Sequence record: NC_031120.1
Strand: one strand, 5' to 3'
DNA length: 64,000 nucleotides
Part shown: positions 57,312 through 64,000 of the stretch, in pieces
How the letters are laid out: the number at the start of each line of letters is the position of its first letter
How positions within the stretch are numbered: position 1 is the stretch's first letter
Made by a program: the position numbers and the translations under genes
The notes under the pieces: generated by a model
Told to the model about the DNA's origin: nothing
Databases searched by the model: none
The model's input: the letters and a program-made list of their open reading frames with translations, nothing else

Positions 57312-58684
57312 TAGCTGGCAATGCCACGAATCAAGAAGTACAGCAGCAGCGCATTACGCACAGCCGCCAGTGCCGCATTGTTCGTCAGGTGCGTTTCTTT
57401 CTTCACCAGTTTCTCAATCCGTTCACGCAACGACAGTACGTATTCGTTGGAGGACTTCGAGGATTGATACAAGGCCCGCATGCGGTTTAGGAGGAAGGCC
57501 ACGTCTTTGAAGTTGATGCGGTTGGTCACAATCAAATCAAAGGCATGGGCTAAAGCGTCCTCCATAATGGACTCCATGTCCTTGCGGGTTTTGCCAAGCG
57601 GTTGACTGGCGATATAGACCAGCACCGTTTTCATGGCCACCGGTGAGGCTTTTGGCACCATCTCCAAACACACCCGGGCCAACTCTTCTTTGTAGAAGTT
57701 GTTGATGTCCCAGGACGCATCCAGCAGAGTTTGCTTGGCGGTGTTCAGTGCCGTGACCTTATCACGAATGATGGTCTCACCGTCGAGGTCGACTTTCGAG
57801 GACTGGTTCACCACACGCGCGTTATCCCGACGTACCCGGTCCAAGACGGCGTAGTAATCTTTTACCGTTTGTTTGGTACGGGTGTTAAGGTCGGTGATAA
57901 AACGAATCAGCAGGTCTGGAGTGTTGAACGCTTTCACCTCGTTGTAGTGCGGGCACTCTTTTGAGACGAAGTATTCGGCACGTTCGGTCAGGTGCTGGCC
58001 CCAGTTGCCCATGCGTCGGATGTCAAACTTCAACGACAGCATCGAGTACGCCGCATCCGCAGCATTCATGTCCACCGGCTTCGGGAAGAAGTGGTAGTAG
58101 ATACTGGAATAGAATTTGAACTGGAGCAGCTTGACCAGATCCACACAGGCCGCGTAGATATCCTTGTCGGCAAACTTCGGGATCATCCGGTGCACCATGT
58201 AGGTGATGGCCAGGTTGAAAGTGTTACCCGCGACAGCCCATTCGCCGTTGATGGTTTTGGTCTGGTCGATGTTGGCCTGCAATAAATCTTCGTCGACTTC
58301 AAGCACCTGGTCAAACAGCTTGTTCCGATCGCTGTCAAAGAAGCGAATGCTGTGAACCCCCAACAGGTTCGACCCGAACCATTCGACATTCCCCTCCCGG
58401 TTGAACACCCCTTCCACGTACGCGCGGATACTGGTGGCCAGTCGGCGGTCGAAGGTGACTTTCTTAAACGCGTCGTCAAAGGCTTTGCGTAGCGCGTCGG
58501 TTTTCATGGCTTCCGATGCGACTAATTGCTTAGTGGGCAGGTACCCACCGAATCCGTAATCGTAATACAACCCGTCTTCGGATTCGTCTTCATCATCGAA
58601 GAAACCCCGGCGGGCTTCCTGGGCGACCACGCCGTTCGGAACCGTATACATGCCTTTCACGAAATCATAAATTAATTCTGACAT
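57311..58684 (-). CDS. Head/virion protein with acidic N-terminal propeptide (phiKZ gp32-like)
   Basis: 457 aa; AQE and ASE sites flank an acidic stretch in the first ~60 aa. Confidence 0.7.
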   Translation of the reverse strand: MSELIYDFVKGMYTVPNGVVAQEARRGFFDDEDESEDGLYYDYGFGGYLPTKQLVASEAMKTDALRKAFDDAFKKVTFDRRLATSIRAYVEGVFNREGNVEWFGSNLLGVHSIRFFDSDRNKLFDQVLEVDEDLLQANIDQTKTINGEWAVAGNTFNLAITYMVHRMIPKFADKDIYAACVDLVKLLQFKFYSSIYYHFFPKPVDMNAADAAYSMLSLKFDIRRMGNWGQHLTERAEYFVSKECPHYNEVKAFNTPDLLIRFITDLNTRTKQTVKDYYAVLDRVRRDNARVVNQSSKVDLDGETIIRDKVTALNTAKQTLLDASWDINNFYKEELARVCLEMVPKASPVAMKTVLVYIASQPLGKTRKDMESIMEDALAHAFDLIVTNRINFKDVAFLLNRMRALYQSSKSSNEYVLSLRERIEKLVKKETHLTNNAALAAVRNALLLYFLIRGIAS

Positions 58685-58703
58685 GCGAACCTCTAAATTT
58701 TTA

Positions 58704-58725
58704 CGGATAGATATTATCCTTGTGA
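58704..58725 (+). promoter_or_regulatory. Putative early promoter
   Basis: CGGAT-AGATATTATCCTTGTGA. Confidence 0.7.
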
Positions 58726-58749
58726 CTATACCATAAGGAATTTTAAGCC

Positions 58750-59877
58750 ATGAATAATCTACAACGCAAAGCTGTATGGCGTAAGCGCTATATGACCCCC
58801 GGATACGACCGCAAAAAGTCGGTGACCATGTGGGTACTGCCGCACGGTTGCATGTGTACTCTGCAACGCGTCGGTGGACAACCTATCCTGGATAATGGAA
58901 CTTACTCAGCGGCTAACTCGCTGCTGGCAAGTCTGTTAAATGACGCAGGGATAACCGGTTCAGTGATTGTCTACTCAACCGAAGTCATCCCGCAGAATAC
59001 TTCACGTTGGCTCACCTGGTGGATGTCCACCAACCCAACGTTAGAAGACCCACTTTTACGGACCATCACGGTAACGTCTTTCGGGCAGGTTCCAACGAAG
59101 AAACTGCCGTTCCACGTTAACGTAATTGAGCCGTTAAACTTACGGGCTGAGGAAGTGCTGGAGACGATCCGCACCCAGTCCCGTAATCCCGCGGTCTCTA
59201 TCTTCATTCTTGAAGATGAGGGCGTGAAGTACCGAATGGAACCAGAGCGTCGGATGGAAGCCAAGGTGATCGATTGCACAAAATACGGGTACGTGCTACG
59301 TACTCCATCGAATCACGTCTTCCTGTCGTCAATGGTCTCCCGTCGTGTACAGGGACAGTTAGCCCAACATGGCTTGCGTCCCCAAGACCTTATCGGTGCT
59401 ACCGTAAAGGTCGAGTACACCATGTTTACGGACGGTAATCGTTTGTGCAATTACAAGTCCCCCATTGTGTACCGCTGCGTGTCACTCGACAACATGAGTG
59501 ACGGAGTCATCCCCCCATACCATGGCCCCTATCTGTTTACCCCAAACACACCGGAGGAGAAGGCGCTGCTGACCGCCACTCGGTGCAGTCGTGCGGAGAT
59601 AAACGTTAGTGATGAGGTCATCGTGGGGCGTGATGATGAGACCGACTTAAACCTGTTCACCTTCCGAAGAGGTGCGGAAGAAGGGTTGTATGCTGCAACC
59701 CTGGTGCGGGGAGATAAGTCGGAAGAATGGCGTTTCGATTCTGATTTTGCGATAGATGCACTCGACCCCGAGGCATTCATCCGTTGTGTAGACAGTAACC
59801 TGTTTTACGCCACGGGGTACAACGTCGTGAAAATCGGTCTCCGTTACGTCGATCATACACAGTCGCCGATAACATAG
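58750..59877 (+). CDS. Degenerate ATP-dependent DNA-ligase-like protein (NTase + OB fold, catalytic motifs lost)
   Basis: Motif order and spacing match minimal viral ligases, but KxDG reads LPHG, DGE reads TGS, EG reads SI; OB part RMEAKVID...LIGATVKVEY...SPIV retained. Confidence 0.55.
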   Translation: MNNLQRKAVWRKRYMTPGYDRKKSVTMWVLPHGCMCTLQRVGGQPILDNGTYSAANSLLASLLNDAGITGSVIVYSTEVIPQNTSRWLTWWMSTNPTLEDPLLRTITVTSFGQVPTKKLPFHVNVIEPLNLRAEEVLETIRTQSRNPAVSIFILEDEGVKYRMEPERRMEAKVIDCTKYGYVLRTPSNHVFLSSMVSRRVQGQLAQHGLRPQDLIGATVKVEYTMFTDGNRLCNYKSPIVYRCVSLDNMSDGVIPPYHGPYLFTPNTPEEKALLTATRCSRAEINVSDEVIVGRDDETDLNLFTFRRGAEEGLYAATLVRGDKSEEWRFDSDFAIDALDPEAFIRCVDSNLFYATGYNVVKIGLRYVDHTQSPIT

Positions 59878-59886
59878 GAGTGCGTT

Positions 59887-60399
59887 ATGTTCACTGCACC
59901 TACCATCAGTTCTGTTCAGGACCTGCGCGTAGTCTGCCAGGACAATCGTCTCGCTCAGCTATGCGACGAAGCAATCATCACCCAGATGATTAGCTATAAC
60001 CCGAATGGGAACTACAGTAACACGATCGAAATACTGACCGTGGCCGCTGTCCTGAAACGCTTAAAAGGCCAGCTGACGATTCAGCAGCTTTGTGTGTTCC
60101 TGGACAACCACCGCGCGTTAGCCAAAGGGATGTTGGCGCTAGTGCAGGATGGAGTCGCTGCTTTCGATAACGGTATTGGTAATTTCATGGATATTGCATC
60201 CGGGTTCGAGAATGGCAAGTTCTTCGTTAGCAAAGAGCGGTATGATGGAGTGTGGGATTACCTGGGGCGTTGTGGCGTTGCCATCCCCCAGACTATCCGT
60301 AACTTCCAGCTCTACGACGTGAACGTCTTTGGTGAGCCGGGTCTCTGGATTGAACCAGTGACTCTGTCCATCGTGGACAGCAATGTAATTCGTAGTTAA
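59887..60399 (+). CDS. Hypothetical protein
   Basis: AGGAG RBS, 170 aa. Confidence 0.8.
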   Translation: MFTAPTISSVQDLRVVCQDNRLAQLCDEAIITQMISYNPNGNYSNTIEILTVAAVLKRLKGQLTIQQLCVFLDNHRALAKGMLALVQDGVAAFDNGIGNFMDIASGFENGKFFVSKERYDGVWDYLGRCGVAIPQTIRNFQLYDVNVFGEPGLWIEPVTLSIVDSNVIRS

Positions 60400-60405
60400 G
60401 CCCAC

Positions 60406-60440
60406 CCCGTACTGCTTCGGCAGTACGGGTTTATTTTATT
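60406..60440 (+). terminator. Intrinsic terminator
   Basis: CCCGTACTGC-TTCG-GCAGTACGGG plus T-tract. Confidence 0.9.
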
Positions 60441-60461
60441 TCTTACCATTGAGGATTAATC

Positions 60462-61001
60462 ATGCAATACAAACTTGTTGGCATTAACGATATCATTAAC
60501 GGCCCATACTCCCACTGCCCGGAATACCATAACCTGCGTATTGGCTACGCCTCTACCGCTGAATCGATAGCCCAATATCGAACCACGACATTCCTCGTCG
60601 CATCTGACAAGGGACTGCCTTTTGATTTCCAGCCCCTTATTCCCAACAATACCCCTAACGGTAAATGGCTCTATGTGTACCTCAAGGAGCCGTTCAGTGT
60701 GGCGCTACGCGATGAGCTACGCGCCTTGCTCCATACCGGTACCCTGGTCGAGAAAGACGCCGTATGGGCGGTGGTAGAAGCCCACAACGTTGCCGTCGAT
60801 CTTCGTGCCGAGATGGTCACGCTCAGTCTGCCGCCACAGGCCAAAGATCATCCGGAGTACGAAACCATCTTCAAAGACCTCACCGATGGCGAAGAGCTGG
60901 GTGATCGTGAGCCGGTTATGTTTGTACAGTACACGGAAGAATACATGCGCGAGTTCTTGCCGCGTGGTTGTAAGATTATTGACTTCATGTACGCGCTCTA
61001 A
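60462..61001 (+). CDS. Hypothetical protein, paralogue family with 61352 and 62067
   Basis: GAGGA RBS; LYVYLKEPFSVALRDELRALLHTG block shared with 62067. Confidence 0.8.
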   Translation: MQYKLVGINDIINGPYSHCPEYHNLRIGYASTAESIAQYRTTTFLVASDKGLPFDFQPLIPNNTPNGKWLYVYLKEPFSVALRDELRALLHTGTLVEKDAVWAVVEAHNVAVDLRAEMVTLSLPPQAKDHPEYETIFKDLTDGEELGDREPVMFVQYTEEYMREFLPRGCKIIDFMYAL

Positions 61002-61006
61002 TACGA

Positions 61007-61033
61007 ACGAGGGGATGTCCCCTCGTTTTTTTT
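61007..61033 (+). terminator. Intrinsic terminator
   Basis: ACGAGGGG-ATGT-CCCCTCGT plus T8. Confidence 0.85.
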
Positions 61034-61056
61034 GTCTCTCGGATTAAAAAAGATTT

Positions 61057-61078
61057 CAGATATATATTACCTAGGTGA
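61057..61078 (+). promoter_or_regulatory. Putative early promoter
   Basis: CAGAT-ATATATTACCTAGGTGA, containing the exact phiKZ early core TATATTAC. Confidence 0.75.
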
Positions 61079-61113
61079 CACAATACCATTAACCTTTTGT
61101 CTGGAGTCTTATC

Positions 61114-61305
61114 ATGAACAACGAAGCCCTGAATACTTTAGCTCGTATCAAAGCGGCCCGTGAAGCCCGTATCTCTGAAACCAATCCAGATGGTCATCAG
61201 TCCGAAGCACTGCGTGTCTCCAGCAACGCCCTGCGGTCGTCTATGCGTGAGAACGCATCCGTTGACCAAACACTGGCGGATGCCATGGCACGTCTGAACC
61301 GCTAA
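61114..61305 (+). CDS. Small helical early protein
   Basis: GGAG RBS, 63 aa, first gene after early promoter. Confidence 0.8.
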   Translation: MNNEALNTLARIKAAREARISETNPDGHQSEALRVSSNALRSSMRENASVDQTLADAMARLNR

Positions 61306-61351
61306 GCGTATAATACCAATTAACCTTAATTCGATTATCAAGGAATACATC

Positions 61352-61993
61352 ATGACTAAATTTATCCCAGTGAACTGCATCCGTGACTTCTCTCTGTCTG
61401 CCGGTATCATGCAGAACATCTCACAAATTATCGAAATCGAAAACAGCACCCGTGGGCTTGACATGCATCACTACATCGATGTCGCCAAAGACGGCATTGT
61501 AACGCGCTGTGCGATGATTTTAATCGAAGGGGCATGTGCCACTGTCCTGTACACCCACGACATGAACCTGAGCGATTGTGAAGCTCTGGTGCGGTCGGAA
61601 TTCCCGGAGGCGACACACGTCCAGTGTTTCTCCACCAACCCGAAGGATCGTCCGGTGGGTTGGATGTTAGTGTCGGCCAATTTCAAATCCCGTATCTCCG
61701 TACCGACGAAAGGATACCGATTTGAGGATACCGGCAACCCGCCGATTAAAATGTGTTACTTGTCAACGGGTAGTACCCTGTGTTCTATCGTGGGTAACCA
61801 TATGGCGATTGCGTTACGTGACGAGGCCATTGACCGCACCACTCAGAAAACTGTGGATATGCTGGCCGGTGTTGCCGTCAGCGAAGGTCAGGGCTTTATG
61901 GTACAGTGTCTCAGCGACGATTGGTCGCAGGCGTTTGATGATAATCCCAACTACGTCTTCCGCAACGCCACTGTCGCCAAGCAGCTACGCTAA
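61352..61993 (+). CDS. Hypothetical protein, paralogue family
   Basis: AAGGA RBS; YIDVAKDGIVT block shared with 62067. Confidence 0.8.
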   Translation: MTKFIPVNCIRDFSLSAGIMQNISQIIEIENSTRGLDMHHYIDVAKDGIVTRCAMILIEGACATVLYTHDMNLSDCEALVRSEFPEATHVQCFSTNPKDRPVGWMLVSANFKSRISVPTKGYRFEDTGNPPIKMCYLSTGSTLCSIVGNHMAIALRDEAIDRTTQKTVDMLAGVAVSEGQGFMVQCLSDDWSQAFDDNPNYVFRNATVAKQLR

Positions 61994-62018
61994 TAGTATT
62001 AATTAACCTAAATTAACA

Positions 62019-62048
62019 AAAGGGGACTACGGTCCCCTTTATTTTTTC
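62019..62048 (+). terminator. Intrinsic terminator
   Basis: AAAGGGGAC-TACG-GTCCCCTTT plus T-tract. Confidence 0.85.
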
Positions 62049-62066
62049 GACTCTCAAGGAGTAACC

Positions 62067-62609
62067 ATGTTTCTGATTCAATCGCACAAAGACCTGTTAA
62101 CCAACAGCATGTATCGAGACTGTGAAGACGCTAAGCAGTACCGCATCCCAGTCAGTATTAATCACATGGAATACCTGCGTAAACTCTCTTACCTGGCAAC
62201 TGTCGAGGATGGCGTTGTAACGCACGTACAGGCATTGACGGCGGTAGACGATACAATCTACGTCTACGTCGATAAAATCTCACCACAGCTGATTAACGAG
62301 CTGAGAATGGTACTCCGTCCGGGGGTGGTTGCTGCACCCGGTAAGTTTTACGTTGTCTGTAAACCTGAAGGGCGGGACAGTCGTGTCCCGGCAGTGACTT
62401 ACGGATTCGTTATTCCGAAAGAGATGCAATCCATGGAGAAACTCGTGCCGCTTATTGGGAGAGAGAATGCGGTCGCGCAATTACATTTTATTTCTCAACT
62501 TGATAATCCGCAGCATGAAGCGGTTATGAACATGTCACCGGACGAACAACTGGCGACGCAGTTTGTTGCAGCCGGTCTTAAATTTGTAAATGTGTTTTAT
62601 CCGTTATAA
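62067..62609 (+). CDS. Hypothetical protein, paralogue family
   Basis: AAGGAG RBS, 180 aa. Confidence 0.8.
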   Translation: MFLIQSHKDLLTNSMYRDCEDAKQYRIPVSINHMEYLRKLSYLATVEDGVVTHVQALTAVDDTIYVYVDKISPQLINELRMVLRPGVVAAPGKFYVVCKPEGRDSRVPAVTYGFVIPKEMQSMEKLVPLIGRENAVAQLHFISQLDNPQHEAVMNMSPDEQLATQFVAAGLKFVNVFYPL

Positions 62610-62642
62610 AAATCGGGGAGCTTCGGCTCCCTGTTTTTTTTT
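62608..62642. terminator. Intrinsic terminator, possibly bidirectional
   Basis: GGGAGC-TTCG-GCTCCC with T-tract downstream and AAAAA upstream. Confidence 0.85.
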
Positions 62643-62880
62643 GTTTCAGCCCTTGTGGGTGCTCACTTTTTAACCCGTTTTTGTACAAGAAATAACCAGT
62701 GGAAATGACCCCTCTAAAACGCACTACAACGAGACGGATACCCCACCCGGTACACTTGGGTTCGAAGGGGTGGTTCATCGCAATACAGAGCGGTACAGAG
62801 CGAATACGCGCCATCCCCGACCGCCAGTTTCGGATGCCGGGCAATCCGCAGACGCCGAATCGCCGATCACACGTTGGGTA

Positions 62881-63275
62881 GCGCTAGCGCGTTTGGAGGG
62901 GAAAAGTGATTAAATTTTAAACAAACGAGTCTTTGCGAGTTTGTTCCGATTGGTTGTTTTTTAACCGATTCTACTGCCAGCCTCCAGCTGGCTAAGTTTT
63001 AATCAATTTAAAAAAATTCTCTTTTAAAAACAGTTACTTAGGTTATATCTACCCTACCCCCGGAGGGGTAGGATAAAAAATCCTTCTATTAGACGCGATC
63101 ACGCGTCACGCGTTTCCTACAGGATCTTTTAAAAGAATATATTAATATTAATTATAATTATCCCGTAGGGATAATAATTAAATTAATTAAAACTAATAAA
63201 CTCTACGAGTTAGAAATTACTAACGCGGGTGTGTGGGCGCGCGCACGATCCTTAACCTGCCGACAGGCTGTTTAA
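62881..63275. other. AT-rich non-coding palindrome/hairpin cluster (candidate origin or DNA-handling site)
   Basis: Near-pure AT runs interleaved with short perfect inverted repeats and ACGCG repeats; no credible ORF. Confidence 0.45.
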
Positions 63276-63295
63276 AAAATAACCAACCGGAGCGG

Positions 63296-63550
63296 CTGGA
63301 AATCCAATTACAGATTTCCCCAGTGTTATGCTCGATGGCATGACTCGACCCATGACATCATCCAAAACTTTGCCCCTGGCTGAAATACTCCAGGGGATTT
63401 TTTGGAGAGCCCATCTCACGACAGGGTGAGACGCGTCTTCTCGGCGAAGGTTAGTCGGGTACGGAACCCGCGGTGGGATCAACATCGCGGGTATTTTTCA
63501 TCCTGTCCAAGCATTGCTGTGTTCGCCTCGGCCAACCGGGGCGCTTTTTC
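63296..63550 (+). ncRNA. Dense hairpin array, candidate structured RNA(s)
   Basis: At least 5 stems, several with G-U pairs on the + strand; three followed by T-tracts. Confidence 0.4.
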
Positions 63551-63617
63551 GAGAGTCCTGCCTAGGGTTGTCGACAAAGCGAAAATACGTTCAGCCTAAC
63601 ACTCAACGTGATTTTGT

Positions 63618-63626
63618 TTTAGTATG
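63618..63626 (+). promoter_or_regulatory. Putative late promoter TTTAGTATG
   Basis: Matches YTTAGTATG at 9287 and 49774; no RBS or ORF downstream. Confidence 0.55.
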
Positions 63627-63941
63627 TTCAGAGTTTCAGGTTCCCGCCGGGCGTTCACCTGGCTGGTACCGCGGTAGCCTCAGGGGCGCTCCACCCCGAT
63701 GGGCCGTCACCCGTCGTCCTTGCCGGTGAGCTTACCACTGGCCATGCTTCGGTGCGGTGTCCCTGAGGTGCGACCGAATTCGGCGTTGCGTCGAAGAAAC
63801 GCCCAGCGTGTAGAACCGCTGGGTTGGGGGAAATCTCCGTCGGAGGTGATCTTTGGTCTTGGCGGCTCGGAAAGACGAGAGGGGGATGTCTGCACTCTGC
63901 GAAGCGCTCGGACATCGCTGAACCAAATTCAGGTATTTTTT
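63626..63941 (+). ncRNA. Candidate ~300-nt multi-domain structured RNA, no recognised class
   Basis: Starts at the G of a TATG motif; 5' GTTCAG complementary to 3' CTGAAC; 12-bp long-range helix plus about 7 local stems with G-U pairs; ends in hairpin + TATTTTTT. Confidence 0.6.
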
Positions 63942-64000
63942 ACAGGTCGGGGTCTTGATGTGTTCAAACCCAACTTGCCAACACCAGGGAAAAAAATATC

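Noticed and set aside
62735-62790. GGGTTCGAA resembling a tRNA T-loop
   Set aside because: No acceptor stem, D arm or anticodon arm can be built around it.
62578-62881. Short ORFs 62578..62844 (-) and 62699..62881 (+), plus ORFs in 63252-63926
   Set aside because: No RBS, non-ATG starts, they cross terminators or structured stems; better explained as non-coding.
63943-63990. GTTCAAA followed by ...CCAACACCA, tRNA-like 3' end
   Set aside because: No valid 5-bp T stem or 7-bp acceptor stem; at most a separate hairpin, and the window ends right after.
1-64000. CRISPR array, rRNA, transposase, integrase, reverse transcriptase
   Set aside because: No regularly spaced direct repeats and no diagnostic motifs found by eye.

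Overview
64 kb segment of a phiKZ-related (Chimalliviridae-type) jumbo myophage of Enterobacterales. Gene order closely follows my recollection of Salmonella phage SPN3US and related Erwinia jumbo phages (assignment from recall, not a database search). Left part (1-24.2 kb): partial virion gene, a probable spanin pair, DEDDh exonuclease, RNase HI, UvsX/RecA, the virion RNAP beta C-terminal piece, many early/middle hypothetical genes, and a nucleotide-metabolism cluster (NADAR-like, CYTH, two MazG-like paralogues, ThyA, and an unannotated 51-aa peptide copying the NrdA redox tail). Centre (24.3-58.7 kb): baseplate gene, 2.45-kaa tail lytic-transglycosylase/tape-measure protein, split virion RNAP subunits (beta'N with DYDGD, betaN, beta'C), ejection protein, prohead protease, HAD and HD phosphohydrolases, tail tube, sheath, baseplate/neck genes and large terminase. 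Right end: a degenerate ATP-dependent-ligase-like gene, a paralogous early operon, and ~1.4 kb of non-coding DNA holding an AT-rich palindrome cluster, a hairpin array and a candidate ~300-nt structured RNA behind a late promoter. Three promoter classes (early, middle, late) and many intrinsic terminators are readable directly. No tRNA, CRISPR array, intron, intein or transposase was found. Best leads: the NrdA-tail mimic peptide, the late structured RNA, and recurrent catalytically dead enzyme copies (MazG, ligase).
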